Positions 1-10,205 of a stretch of DNA of 64,000 nucleotides are shown here, piece by piece (the stretch's first letter is position 1; each line of letters starts with the position of its first letter). A program made the translations under genes and the position numbers. Source of the DNA: Promethearchaeati archaeon (lineage in GTDB: Archaea; Asgardarchaeota; Heimdallarchaeia; Heimdallarchaeales; Heimdallarchaeaceae); the NCBI GenBank assembly GCA_013166775.1, contig JABLTJ010000001.1, positions 64,001-128,000 on the forward strand. The letters are read 5' to 3'. The notes beneath the pieces are model-generated. The model was not told the origin of the DNA and did no database searches. It saw only the letters and a program-made list of their open reading frames with translations.

Positions 1-2
1 CT

Positions 3-230
3 GTAGCCATAAAGAATCTATATGGTGGTCGGAAACAAATTAACGTTCCAATTATTGGCGAAGAAACAACTGTGAAAGTGGAAAAAGACGATGTAATAAT
101 TGAAGGAATAGATAAGCAAGCTGTTGGACAGACAACTGCCAATATGCAAGAAGCTTGTAGATTGAGAGGTAAGCGCAGAAAAGATCCTGAAACTTTTCTT
201 GATGGAGTCTGGCGTTGGGATCGAAATTAA
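3..230 (+). CDS. rpl6: 50S ribosomal protein uL6, C-terminal part (runs off window start)
   Basis: Manual translation VAIKNLYGGRK...IEGIDKQAVGQTTANMQ...KDPETFLDGVW; matches archaeal L6 C-terminus; lies before L32e. Confidence 0.9.
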   Translation, partial: VAIKNLYGGRKQINVPIIGEETTVKVEKDDVIIEGIDKQAVGQTTANMQEACRLRGKRRKDPETFLDGVWRWDRN

Positions 231-383
231 TACAATTTCTTCATTTCACCACACTCTTTTTTTTTCCTAGATTTATCACTTATTTTTTCACTTATGAATT
301 TCTTAACAATAACAAGTATTAAAAAGTCCATTAGAAGTGATAGCATAATACTTTGATAAGGTAACATTCTACTGTGAGTCCCT

Positions 384-923
384 ATGACAGTTGATAAAAA
401 GAAATTACTGAAAAAGCGCAAAGAAATAAGCGCGAGAAGGCCTAAATTTGTCAGACAAGAGAGCTGGCGCTATAATCGAGTTAAGAAAAGTTGGAGAAAA
501 CCAAAAGGAATAGATAATAAAATGAAAGAAAAACGCAAAGGAGTTCCTCGAATGGTTAAAATCGGTTATAGAGGGCCTAAAAATGTCAGAGGTCTACATC
601 CTTCCGGTTATCAAGTAGTTCATGTTGCCAATGTTTACGAGCTTGATTACATCGATAAAGAAACAGAAGCTGTTATGATTAAACATACAGTAGGTGGAAG
701 AAAAAAACAACTAATTCTTGATAATGCATCAGATATGGGGTTGAAAATCCTGAATCCACCTGCAAGAATTGAAGAAATCGGAGATATACTCGATGAAGCC
801 GTACTTGATGAAGAATATGAACTGCTTGATGAAGATTTAGAGGAAGAATTCGAAGAAGATTTCGAATTAGATGAAAATCTCAAATTGGATGAAGAAGATA
901 AATCAGAAGAGGAGTCTTCTTGA
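384..923 (+). CDS. rpl32e: 50S ribosomal protein eL32 with acidic C-terminal tail
   Basis: RPKFVRQES...WRKPKGIDNK...GYRGPK.VRGLHPSG motifs; spc-operon synteny. Confidence 0.96.
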   Translation: MTVDKKKLLKKRKEISARRPKFVRQESWRYNRVKKSWRKPKGIDNKMKEKRKGVPRMVKIGYRGPKNVRGLHPSGYQVVHVANVYELDYIDKETEAVMIKHTVGGRKKQLILDNASDMGLKILNPPARIEEIGDILDEAVLDEEYELLDEDLEEEFEEDFELDENLKLDEEDKSEEESS

Positions 924-948
924 TAAAACTAAGTAACAGGTGTTATTA

Positions 949-1413
949 ATGGATGTTAAAACACAAAGAAGAATAGCAGCTAAAATAATGAAAATTGGCG
1001 TAAACCGAGTAAAGATTGATCCGGATAGTCTAGCTGACATTTCTCTTGCTATTACAAGAGAAGATGTTAGACGTCATATAGATGATGGTGATATTAAGAA
1101 AAGAAAAATTAAGGGAGTAAGCCGAGGTCGAGCAAGAGCCGTTGCAATTAAGAAGAAGAGAGGACAAAGAATTGGTCCTGGAAGTCGAAAAGGTCCAAAA
1201 TATTCTCGCCTTTCAAGTAAAACAAGATGGATACATAAAATCAGAGCACAAAGAAAGTATCTTCAACAATTGAGAGATGAGGGATATATTGATACTCTTA
1301 ACTATCGAAAATTATACCTTCAAGCAAAAGGAGGTTTATTCCGATCAGTTAGATATCTAAGGACCTATATTGCAGAGCACGGATTAGCCAAAAAACGTCT
1401 TCCTGAGTTATAA
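949..1413 (+). CDS. rpl19e: 50S ribosomal protein eL19
   Basis: QRRIAAKIMKIG.NRV..DP, AITREDVR, GPGSRKG; ATG at 949 after AGGTG SD. Confidence 0.96.
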   Translation: MDVKTQRRIAAKIMKIGVNRVKIDPDSLADISLAITREDVRRHIDDGDIKKRKIKGVSRGRARAVAIKKKRGQRIGPGSRKGPKYSRLSSKTRWIHKIRAQRKYLQQLRDEGYIDTLNYRKLYLQAKGGLFRSVRYLRTYIAEHGLAKKRLPEL

Positions 1414-1426
1414 AAGGGTGGTAAAT

Positions 1427-2071
1427 ATGTCAAAAAGAAGAAGAAAAGGTATCAGAAAGAAAAGAAAATTACAACCTAAAAAACGAAGATATGGACCACT
1501 CTATCGAGTTCCTTTCAGAAGACGTAGAGAAATGAAAACTGATTATCAGCAACGTAAAAGACTCTTGAAATCAGGAAAGATAAGGTTTGTTGCACGCCCC
1601 TCAAACAAACAGGTTTTAGTTCAATTTATTGAGTCTAGAATAGGGGGAGATAAGACTTTTGTTCAAATCAGTTCATCTGATTTGAAAGATTATGGTTGGA
1701 CAATCTCAACTTCGAACCTCCCAGCAGCCTATCTAACTGGCTACCTTGCTGGAAAGAAAGCTCTCCAATCAAAAATCAAGGAAGCTATTCTGGATATCGG
1801 GATTCATACAGCAAATCCTGGTACTAGGATTTTCGCTACTTTGAAGGGAGTAGTTGATGCAGGAGTAGATGTTCCTTATAATGAGAGAATGCTACCATCT
1901 GAAGATAGAATTAAAGGCGAACATATTAAGTCATATGCAAAGATACTAGCTAAAGAGGATAAAGAGAAATACGATAAACACTTTTCAAATTATCTCAAAG
2001 TTGACATTAAACCTGAAGATTTGCCTAATTTGTTTAAAGAAACAAAAACAAAGATAGATTCAGTGGATTAA
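1427..2071 (+). CDS. rpl18: 50S ribosomal protein uL18
   Basis: GPLYRVPFRRRRE.KTDY, NLPAAYLTG, ILDIG, GVVDAG; basic N-terminal extension. Confidence 0.95.
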   Translation: MSKRRRKGIRKKRKLQPKKRRYGPLYRVPFRRRREMKTDYQQRKRLLKSGKIRFVARPSNKQVLVQFIESRIGGDKTFVQISSSDLKDYGWTISTSNLPAAYLTGYLAGKKALQSKIKEAILDIGIHTANPGTRIFATLKGVVDAGVDVPYNERMLPSEDRIKGEHIKSYAKILAKEDKEKYDKHFSNYLKVDIKPEDLPNLFKETKTKIDSVD

Positions 2072-2082
2072 GGTGAAAAAAA

Positions 2083-2727
2083 ATGAGTAGAAATTTATAC
2101 TTTGATTTAGATGAGTGGGAACCAAGAACTAGAGTAGGTAGGTTAGTAAAAGAAGGAAGAATAACAACTATAGATGAACTCTTTCAACAAGGACTCCCGC
2201 TTGTTGAACCTGAAATAGTAGATCTTCTGTTTGGAGATACTTTAGAGGATGATGTAATAGATATTAGTCTTGTTCAAAGACAAACAGACGCAGGAAGAAA
2301 ACGTAAATTCCGTGCTACTGTTGTTGTAGGTAATAAAAACGGATATGTTGGTGTTGGTGAAGCTAAGCTAAAAGAAATTGGTCCAGCAATCAAGAAAGCA
2401 ATGATCAATGCAAAACTTAACATCAGACCAATAAGGAGAGGATGTGGATCATGGGAATGTACTTGTGGTACTCCTCATACTGTCCCCTATAAAGTTAAAG
2501 GAAAAGTTGGTTCAACAGAAGTGATAATTTATCCTGCACCAAGAGGGTTAGGATTAGTTACAGGTAATACTGCGAAAACTGTTCTGGAATTAGCAGGAAT
2601 ATCTGATGTGTGGAGTAAAACCTTTGGTGAAACAAGAACTACATCGAATTTTGCTAAAGCAACATTCGAAGCTCTAAAAAATACATATTCAATCATGGCT
2701 CCGTATGATTGGACAAGGCAAAGGTGA
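2083..2727 (+). CDS. rps5: 30S ribosomal protein uS5
   Basis: [39 protein letters not shown]. Confidence 0.97.
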   Translation: MSRNLYFDLDEWEPRTRVGRLVKEGRITTIDELFQQGLPLVEPEIVDLLFGDTLEDDVIDISLVQRQTDAGRKRKFRATVVVGNKNGYVGVGEAKLKEIGPAIKKAMINAKLNIRPIRRGCGSWECTCGTPHTVPYKVKGKVGSTEVIIYPAPRGLGLVTGNTAKTVLELAGISDVWSKTFGETRTTSNFAKATFEALKNTYSIMAPYDWTRQR

Positions 2728-2732
2728 AGAAG

Positions 2733-3221
2733 ATGAGTCAAGTAAAAAATGAATCTGATTTACTAGCGGTAATCCGATTAAAAGGTCAAATTAATGTAAA
2801 TTACAAAATACAAGCAACCTTGGATATGTTAAATGTCAGAAGAACCAATTATATGACTTTAATCCCTAATACTCCAACTTATCTTGGAATGTTGAAAAAA
2901 GCTCAGAACTTCATTACATGGGGAGAAATTAGTCAAGATATTCTAAAACATGTTTTAGAAAAAAGAGGAGAAATAGCTGGTAGAAAAAAATTAACTAACA
3001 AACACCTCAAAGAGCATACAGAATATTCAACTATAATTGAATTATCAAAGGCTTTACACAAAGGAGAAGTAACCATAGGGGATATACCTGAATTGAAAAA
3101 ATTCTTTAGACTCCATCCTGCTAGAAAAGGATATCGTGGAATCAAAAAGGGATTCGCTGAAGGTGGCGAAGTAGGTTATAGAGGTAAAGCTATAAACGAA
3201 CTAATTGTGAGGATGGCTTGA
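2733..3221 (+). CDS. rpl30: 50S ribosomal protein uL30
   Basis: AVIRLKG, ITWGE, FRLHPARKG, GYRGKAINELI; ATG after AGGTGA. Confidence 0.95.
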   Translation: MSQVKNESDLLAVIRLKGQINVNYKIQATLDMLNVRRTNYMTLIPNTPTYLGMLKKAQNFITWGEISQDILKHVLEKRGEIAGRKKLTNKHLKEHTEYSTIIELSKALHKGEVTIGDIPELKKFFRLHPARKGYRGIKKGFAEGGEVGYRGKAINELIVRMA

Positions 3222-3226
3222 TAAGA

Positions 3227-3670
3227 ATGACAGTGCGAACAAAAAGGAAAGGAAGGAAACATCGTGGTTCAAGAACCCATGGATGGGGAATAGTTAGGAC
3301 ACATCGAAAGAGTGGAATGAGAGGTGGAGTAGGTAACGCAGGTGCTAAATCTCATCACTGGATATTGACAGTCAAAGGAATGAGACCCCCCATTGGTAAG
3401 CATGGTTTCAAACGCCCTCAAAAAAGACAAAAGAAAGACAAAACCATTAACATATCACACGTTGAAGCAATGTTACCTTCTCTTATTGATGATGGAATAG
3501 CAACAAAAAAGGGTAATACTTACCAAATTAATCTATCTGAATTAGGTTATAAGAAGTTGCTTGCACAAGGAGAAATTGGAAGTCCTTTAAATCTTATAAT
3601 TGAATCAGCTAGTGAGAGAGCGATTGAAAAGATAAAAGGTGCTGGGGGCAAAGTAACTCTCCAAAAATAA
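3227..3670 (+). CDS. rpl15: 50S ribosomal protein uL15
   Basis: RGSRTHGWG...HRKSGMRGGVGNAG, GKHGF, AIEKIKGAGG. Confidence 0.95.
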   Translation: MTVRTKRKGRKHRGSRTHGWGIVRTHRKSGMRGGVGNAGAKSHHWILTVKGMRPPIGKHGFKRPQKRQKKDKTINISHVEAMLPSLIDDGIATKKGNTYQINLSELGYKKLLAQGEIGSPLNLIIESASERAIEKIKGAGGKVTLQK

Positions 3671-3704
3671 GCATTCTTTCTTATAAACAAACAATTTTTT
3701 TCTT

Positions 3705-4718
3705 TTATTTTTCTTTCTTCTGGCTAGGGTAAGTATTTCTCCCCATTAGAACCTTCTTTACACTAGCAATAAGTCCCTGCTCTTTTTCTTCTAGCTTATT
3801 TGAATCTATTTGAGCTTCACCTAAAGCAATTAATTCATGCTTTAAAGAGAAAATAGCTATTAAATCTCCCTTTTGGAAATTATTTGTATACTTTGATACG
3901 CCTGGTAGAGCCAATGGTGCACCATGACACAATGTATCAACAGTTGTATCTTTAACAAATATTTTCGATAAATGTTTTACACCATATTCCATAGGTAAAA
4001 TAATGTTTCTTAGTGGTATTTCATCTCTCTCCTCCTTATACCATTCAAAAGCATCATATAAGTCTTGAAGAGTGGTTAGGAAATTATCTTCATTAAAAGG
4101 TCCTGTGGTTATTCTTCTTAATTCTTTCATGTGTGCTCCACATGATAAACTCTGACCAATATCGTGACAGAGTTTACGTATATAGGTACCTGCTTGACAT
4201 TTTACTCTGAAAAGAACCTCCATTTCTTTGATCTCGAATACATCTATTTCATAGATTTTCCTAACCCTTAGTACTCTTTTTACACTTGCTCTTACAGGTG
4301 GCCTTTGGTAAATGTCACCAACATATTCTTTCATTATTAAATGTAGCCTCTCCTCTTCTAATTCCCTATGTAATCTCATATTACAGACGTATTCCTTGCC
4401 AGATAAAAGAAGCGTATTGAGTATCCTTGTAGCTTTTCCCAAAGCTACGGGTAGAACTCCAGTTACTTGGGGATCCAATGTTCCTGAATGTCCGGCTTTA
4501 GGAATATCGAGAATTTTTTTTATGTAACTAACTACCTCGTGACTAGTTGGTCTTGCTGGTTTGTCGATATTTATAATTCCATAATCCAGCAGTTCCTCAA
4601 TTGAACGTTGCTGAGGTATTTTACCCCATTTAAAATCAGTTGTTTCACTGGATAATGTAATTAAATCTTCTTTCTCATTTTCTAGGAAAATTTGTTGAAG
4701 TGAAAAATTTATTGGCAT
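3705..4718 (-). CDS. cbf5: H/ACA RNA-guided pseudouridine synthase Cbf5 (TruB family, PUA domain)
   Basis: IDKP..PTSHEVV, GHSGTLDP, GTYIRKLCHDIG, C-terminal PUA domain. Confidence 0.95.
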   Translation of the reverse strand: MPINFSLQQIFLENEKEDLITLSSETTDFKWGKIPQQRSIEELLDYGIINIDKPARPTSHEVVSYIKKILDIPKAGHSGTLDPQVTGVLPVALGKATRILNTLLLSGKEYVCNMRLHRELEEERLHLIMKEYVGDIYQRPPVRASVKRVLRVRKIYEIDVFEIKEMEVLFRVKCQAGTYIRKLCHDIGQSLSCGAHMKELRRITTGPFNEDNFLTTLQDLYDAFEWYKEERDEIPLRNIILPMEYGVKHLSKIFVKDTTVDTLCHGAPLALPGVSKYTNNFQKGDLIAIFSLKHELIALGEAQIDSNKLEEKEQGLIASVKKVLMGRNTYPSQKKEK

Positions 4719-4769
4719 CTTATCACCGAAATTAGATAGAGAAATTAGGGAATTAAAGAAAAATCCTCT

Positions 4770-5045
4770 TTAAGGAACAATCTTTTCTTCCATATATTTT
4801 TTTAGATTAGCTTTTTCAATTGCGGCGATTACTTCTTCATCAGTGGCATCACGTTTTATTGCAACTGTCTTATCTGTGGGTTCCACATGTCCTATATTAC
4901 AACGACGACGTTTAACTGATGAGAGTGATTTTGGACCAGTAAGTAACACAAAGTTCTGGTTTACTAAATCAACTATCACTGCCTTCTTTCCTGCCTCTCT
5001 TCCATTTGTTTTTACAATAATTCTTCCTACTTGAATTGCTGTCAT
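4770..5045 (-). CDS. rpl14e: 50S ribosomal protein eL14
   Basis: VGRI.VK..GREAGKK.VIVD, VKRRR.N..HVEPT; cmk-L14e-cbf5 synteny. Confidence 0.95.
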   Translation of the reverse strand: MTAIQVGRIIVKTNGREAGKKAVIVDLVNQNFVLLTGPKSLSSVKRRRCNIGHVEPTDKTVAIKRDATDEEVIAAIEKANLKKYMEEKIVP

Positions 5046-5596
5046 TTAATTTCACCTTTTATTATTTTTTTTACTGCTGTCATAATAATCTGAACGCAAT
5101 CAGTTGCATCGAATTTATTCGAGTTGACTATTATATCATAGATAGATAAATCTGAAATATCTATATTATACAGTTTTTGATATCGTTCTTTTTCAGATTT
5201 TTCCCTAGTTAAAGTTTCTGTTTTTATAGTATCAATTGATTTTTTCTCTCTTAGAACCATACGTTGAATTCTAACATCTAGGGGCGCAGTAATATAGACG
5301 AGTAAATCTGCTATATCTTTTAGAACCCAACCCCCCAATTGAGCATCGATAACAATATTATCTTCTGCTTTTGCAATTTCCAAGGTTCTATCATCAATAA
5401 ATCTATCAATCTCCTCCCTTTTTTCTGCAATCTTACTGAATTCTTCGATGTTCTTACCTTCTTCTCTAGCCATATCCCTAAACAACTCGCCTGCAGAGAC
5501 ATATTTATACTTAAGCTGTTCTGCAATTCTTTGAGCTGCTGTACTTTTTCCGGAACCATGAGGACCTGAAACTGCAATGATTTGCAAGGTAGCCAC
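5042..5596 (-). CDS. cmk: Archaeal cytidylate kinase
   Basis: SGPHGSGKST P-loop, SAGELFR, RE.SE..RY..LY.ID; synteny. Confidence 0.92.
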   Translation of the reverse strand: MATLQIIAVSGPHGSGKSTAAQRIAEQLKYKYVSAGELFRDMAREEGKNIEEFSKIAEKREEIDRFIDDRTLEIAKAEDNIVIDAQLGGWVLKDIADLLVYITAPLDVRIQRMVLREKKSIDTIKTETLTREKSEKERYQKLYNIDISDLSIYDIIVNSNKFDATDCVQIIMTAVKKIIKGEIK

Positions 5597-5601
5597 TTCC
5601 T

Positions 5602-5865
5602 CTATGACGTTACTCGAGCTTTTGCTTTAATTCCACTTTTTAAGCAACGAGAACACATATATCCCGCATGAACTCTTGTTGGTAAACGCTCTGATTTTGA
5701 TGTTTTTCTTACTTTGCTCTGATGTCCAAAAACAACACCATGCAGATCTGCTCCACATTGTGAACAGTGTGCCTTCTTTGTTTTTTTGTTAATTCTTCTT
5801 ATTTTAGTTTGAGAAGGTGTTCTTACTTTTCGAGTTTTTGCTACACGTAATGAAGGTCTAACCAT
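5602..5865 (-). CDS. rpl34e: 50S ribosomal protein eL34
   Basis: RTP, C..CGA.LHG, SKSER.P.R..AGYMC..C. Confidence 0.93.
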   Translation of the reverse strand: MVRPSLRVAKTRKVRTPSQTKIRRINKKTKKAHCSQCGADLHGVVFGHQSKVRKTSKSERLPTRVHAGYMCSRCLKSGIKAKARVTS

Positions 5866-5875
5866 TTCTATTTCC

Positions 5876-6556
5876 TCATTTTTTTGCTATATCTTTTGTG
5901 GCTATTCGTTTGGTTTTTGCGAGTTTCTCTTTAGTCACTGAAGTTGGAGTTCTCTTCTTTTCTTGTTTTGGTTTTTTCTTAGTTTGTGTTGCACCAGAAG
6001 GAGTAACACCAAACAATCTAGATATTAGTGATCCAAAAGCAAACGCTGTGATGAAATACCACAATGTAAAAGGAACTTTTGCATACCTAACTCCAGTCGC
6101 AGGATCTGTATATGGTTCAGTCCAACTTACTCCTATCCATGGAAATTCACTTAAGTTAAAGGGAAGCCAAGCATAATAATGACCCGTATATGCCCTGCGA
6201 AGAATAGCAAATAATAACAAGAACGGAATGGTTGTAAAGAGCATAGGTTTCATTCGTTTAAACATCATAGAAGATTGCATTTTCTTAATTCTCTCTTCAT
6301 CTCGTTTAACGCTTAACCATAATTTCTTATCCGCTGATTGCATAGCTTTCTTTCTTCGTTGATTCCAATCATTTACTTTCTGCATACTTTCTTTCAATTC
6401 ATCTACATTGGTTAAAAGTCTTGTAACCGTGGTTGAAAATATTGAAAGCATTATAGCTATAAGTGTAATAACTAACGCTGATGTAGGTCGGTCATTCCAA
6501 TTATTACCTGCAATCCATTGTGCAATAGAATTTAACCATTGATCCCAAAAAGCCAT
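5876..6556 (-). CDS. DUF106 / EMC3-TMCO1 (Oxa1 superfamily) membrane insertase
   Basis: TM1, coiled coil, MKPM..T.IP, WYF motif; canonical position upstream of rpl34e. Confidence 0.85.
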   Translation of the reverse strand: MAFWDQWLNSIAQWIAGNNWNDRPTSALVITLIAIMLSIFSTTVTRLLTNVDELKESMQKVNDWNQRRKKAMQSADKKLWLSVKRDEERIKKMQSSMMFKRMKPMLFTTIPFLLLFAILRRAYTGHYYAWLPFNLSEFPWIGVSWTEPYTDPATGVRYAKVPFTLWYFITAFAFGSLISRLFGVTPSGATQTKKKPKQEKKRTPTSVTKEKLAKTKRIATKDIAKK

Positions 6557-6651
6557 TTTTAAACCACTTTCAATGCATATGCTTACTTACACCAAATTGG
6601 GGTATATTTTAAAAGCTTTTGTAACTGGAGTTTACTATCCTTACCAAATTC

Positions 6652-8190
6652 TCATTTCTTTTCATTTAATAAACTTAATAATGAATCTCTTTTTTTCTCA
6701 TCCGTAAAGTAATGACTCAATTCTTCAATTTCTCTTTTTATTCCTTCCTTCTTTTCTATTTTTGAATCGATTTCATAATACTTCTCAAATAATTCTAAAA
6801 TTACATGAATAATCTTCTCATCTTTCATCATTTCTAATGATATAAGTTCTCTATTGTTTCTATAGAAATCGTATGCTCTTATGTATGCTCCTATTCTCTC
6901 CCTTCTCTCATCTTTCTTTTCTTCTAGTTTGTTGAGCATATCCACAATTTTAATTAGAAACGTTATTATATCTTTAACTTCTTCCCCTTCGTACATGTAA
7001 TGTATCCTGCTCAAGAATGATTCAATCATTTCAAAATATGGTAAATCTATTCCCTCTCCCGCAAATTCGAGTAATTTCTTCCCATAAATTTCGAATATTG
7101 GTCTCATATTTTTTTCCTTTACTTCCCATTGCAAAAAAAGAGCTTTCTTTAGATCATTTAATATTTCTCTACATAATCCCCTTATTTGTGTTTCTTTTTC
7201 TCCTTGCTTCTTTTTCTTCTTGTAGAAATTATAAAGTAACGCACTTCTCATCAATCTCTCATTAATGATATTTTCACATTCATAGTATTGTTGATTGGAT
7301 AAACTATCTCCTAAATTTATACAAAAAGTTATCTTAAATAGAATGGTGGATAGCAAGATTAATTTTCTTTCTATTATGTTTTCTTCATCTTTCACATATG
7401 GATTCTGAAGTATTGTAGAATAGAAATTCACTAATGCACGTAATATATTTCTTGCTAAATTCTCTTCCTCATCCTTTTCAAATACCCTATTTTTGAAATA
7501 GAAAAATCTATTATACACTTCCGCAACTATACTGAAACCTATCCCTACTTCTGGAAATGGTTGTAAGATGTCTCCTGTTTCTATTTTTCTATTTAGATTC
7601 TCTGCTATCTTTTCCACTTTTTTTTCAAAACTATATTCCTTCTGTAAATCGTATTTTGATAGTACAGTCTCTGTTGCATCTTCTGATAGAATGTATTTTG
7701 CAGTAGATAAATATTTTAATTCTTCATCTGCTAGTTCAAACAAATTTAAAAAATCCCAATCAATAAAGCCAGATCTACTATCAAATTCTTTTTCTCCGTA
7801 TTTCTCCTTAAGGTATTCTCTTGTTTTCCTCTCATATATTACATCAATAAATCGTTCTTTCTCTTTTTGATATTGAACTCCTACAATAAAAGCTGTGGGT
7901 TCTTTTTCATTTATTAGACTATTACACGAATGGCATTTCTCCTCCCCTTCTTTGATTGAATTTTGACAATTAGAGCAAAGTAATTCTTTAGAGAACAAAA
8001 GAATCCCACATTTAAAACAGAACTTAATAGATGAATTGTTCATTACTTTACAGTTTATGCATTGATAAACTGAATGTGCTATTTTTTTATTCAACATTAT
8101 TTCAACACACTGTCTACAATACCTATGTTCTTCTGTACATTTAAGCTTTCTGAAGCAAAAAGAAAGTAGATGAGTGAAACTGTTGCTCAC
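6652..8190 (-). CDS. Hypothetical protein with N-terminal double zinc ribbon and helical E/K-rich body
   Basis: CINC...FCFKCG...CSNC...CHSC; 512 aa ORF; true start may be ATG 8097. Confidence 0.7.
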   Translation of the reverse strand: MSNSFTHLLSFCFRKLKCTEEHRYCRQCVEIMLNKKIAHSVYQCINCKVMNNSSIKFCFKCGILLFSKELLCSNCQNSIKEGEEKCHSCNSLINEKEPTAFIVGVQYQKEKERFIDVIYERKTREYLKEKYGEKEFDSRSGFIDWDFLNLFELADEELKYLSTAKYILSEDATETVLSKYDLQKEYSFEKKVEKIAENLNRKIETGDILQPFPEVGIGFSIVAEVYNRFFYFKNRVFEKDEEENLARNILRALVNFYSTILQNPYVKDEENIIERKLILLSTILFKITFCINLGDSLSNQQYYECENIINERLMRSALLYNFYKKKKKQGEKETQIRGLCREILNDLKKALFLQWEVKEKNMRPIFEIYGKKLLEFAGEGIDLPYFEMIESFLSRIHYMYEGEEVKDIITFLIKIVDMLNKLEEKKDERRERIGAYIRAYDFYRNNRELISLEMMKDEKIIHVILELFEKYYEIDSKIEKKEGIKREIEELSHYFTDEKKRDSLLSLLNEKK

Positions 8191-8350
8191 ACATCTTTAA
8201 TTCAGGAAATACCTCCCCAGTTTGCTGTTACCCACTTAAAGAAATCAATTGCTTTTGGTGTTTTAGGTTTCAAATACTTCACAAAGTGGAAGAAATAAAC
8301 ATTTCATATTTTGTCTTTTTTTCTTCTATTTCTTTATCAAGTTCGATTTT

Positions 8351-9085
8351 TTAGTTATTTTTCTGTAGAAGCACAAAGAAGTTATCTTTTCCACTTTTCC
8401 CTCCTGCTAGAGTAATGTTACATATTTCCAAATTACTAGCTTCTAGAATCCCTAAAAGTTCTCTCTTTGTAAATAAATGATAATATCTATTTGCCACTAC
8501 GTGTTTATCTTTATTAAACCAAGGAAGAAAAATATCCCCGTGCCTCCATTTATTATTTAAGATTTTTTTTATTGGAAAAGCAATTATATCAAATACCATT
8601 TTTTTCAGAGTATCAGGTTTCCATCGTCTCCAAAATGATAGGATGACATATCCTTTAGGCTTTAGAATATTTGAAATATTTCTCAATACAGCTATTGTCT
8701 CTTTTTTATTTTCCAAGTGATGAGCAGTTGCAATACACAAAATTAAATCTGCTGCATTCTCTCTTATTGGGATTCTTCTCATATCGTTGTTTAGAATGTG
8801 GAGCTTTTGAATAGGGAGATCAACTAAATTCCTCAGTAAATCAATTGATAAATCTGAAGCTAAAAAGTGCCATTCTTGATCCTTAAGAAGTTCCAAATTT
8901 CTTCCATTTCCTGTACCAATATCTACTAGTACCCCCTCATAGGGTAGGGAATGTTGTTTTCCAATATTTATAAGATATTGTTGGAAATCTCTCCATGGTC
9001 TATTTTTTACTTCGACATATTTTGGAGTAATCTTCCTATATTCCTCCATTAAACTATATTCGTTGCTTGAGCTCTTTTTCTTCAA
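8351..9085 (-). CDS. Class I SAM-dependent methyltransferase, Trm9/ALKBH8-like
   Basis: DIGTGNGR motif I, IATAHHL, RYYHLF as in Trm9-family tRNA wobble methyltransferases. Confidence 0.75.
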   Translation of the reverse strand: MKKKSSSNEYSLMEEYRKITPKYVEVKNRPWRDFQQYLINIGKQHSLPYEGVLVDIGTGNGRNLELLKDQEWHFLASDLSIDLLRNLVDLPIQKLHILNNDMRRIPIRENAADLILCIATAHHLENKKETIAVLRNISNILKPKGYVILSFWRRWKPDTLKKMVFDIIAFPIKKILNNKWRHGDIFLPWFNKDKHVVANRYYHLFTKRELLGILEASNLEICNITLAGGKSGKDNFFVLLQKNN

Positions 9086-9206
9086 TATGATAAAGCTGTT
9101 GTGATTATATATTTCAATTTTCTTTTCTGAACTATCAATGTAGCTTATGATAAATTTTAAATATTCACTTTTCTTTACTCAAAATGAGTGAATTATTTCA
9201 AAGAGA

Positions 9207-10166
9207 GTGAATGAAATGGCAGAACTTAATGTGGTTGTTGTAGGTGTAGGGAGTTGGGGAAAGAATCACGCAAGAGTATTCAACGAACTACAAGAATCAA
9301 ATTTAATAGGTGTTTATGATCTTGACCAGAACAAAGCTAAGATTCTTGCAAAGCAATTTAATGTTAAATCATTTCCCAATTTAGAAGATATTTTCAATTC
9401 GGAACAAGTAGACGCTGTAACAGTTGCATCTCCAACATCAACCCATAGTGAAATATCTCTAAAAGCTATTGAACACGGAAAACACGTTTTAATTGAGAAA
9501 CCAATGACAAGTTCGATAGAAGAAGCTGAGAAAATCATAGAAAAAGAAAAAGATTCAGATGTTGTTGTTTCTGTAGGTTTCATTGAAAGATTCAATCCAA
9601 TTGTTAAAAGATCAAAAACATTGATTGAAGAAGCTGAACTAGGGGATTTAGTACTTATTAGTGCTAGACGTTTAGGTCCATATTGGCCTGATAGATTGAA
9701 AGATGTTGATGTCATCAGGGATGTGAGTATACATGATATTGATGTTTTTGGATATTTATTAGGAAAAGATCCTATTTCTGTTTATGCTAGAGGAGGAAAA
9801 TTAAGGCACCCATATTTCGATTATGCGGAAATATTGCTAGATTATGGAGAAGGAATCACTGGATTTATTGAATCAAATTATCTTACTCCACATAAACTTC
9901 GAAAACTTATGCTAACATGTGAGCAAGGAATTGTTGAAGCTGATTACATCACTCAAGATTATGTAATTGAAGATCAAGAATGGGCAAAGCAACAAAAGAT
10001 TCAATGGCAAGAACCATTAAAGGCAGAGATGTTGAGTTTTATTAATGCTTGTTTAGCGAAAAAAACACCTCACATTACATCTACTGATGGCTTGAAAGCT
10101 TTAAAGATAGCCGTAGCATCAATAAGGAGTATTCAATCACATAAGGTTATCGAACTTGATTTATGA
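9207..10166 (+). CDS. Gfo/Idh/MocA family NAD-dependent oxidoreductase (sugar 3-dehydrogenase-like)
   Basis: GVGSWG..HAR, HVLIEKP, GFIERFNP, D.SIHDID. Confidence 0.9.
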   Translation: MNEMAELNVVVVGVGSWGKNHARVFNELQESNLIGVYDLDQNKAKILAKQFNVKSFPNLEDIFNSEQVDAVTVASPTSTHSEISLKAIEHGKHVLIEKPMTSSIEEAEKIIEKEKDSDVVVSVGFIERFNPIVKRSKTLIEEAELGDLVLISARRLGPYWPDRLKDVDVIRDVSIHDIDVFGYLLGKDPISVYARGGKLRHPYFDYAEILLDYGEGITGFIESNYLTPHKLRKLMLTCEQGIVEADYITQDYVIEDQEWAKQQKIQWQEPLKAEMLSFINACLAKKTPHITSTDGLKALKIAVASIRSIQSHKVIELDL

Positions 10167-10205
10167 TATTTTTTAAAAAGAAAATAAAAAGAAAAGTGTG
10201 AGTGA

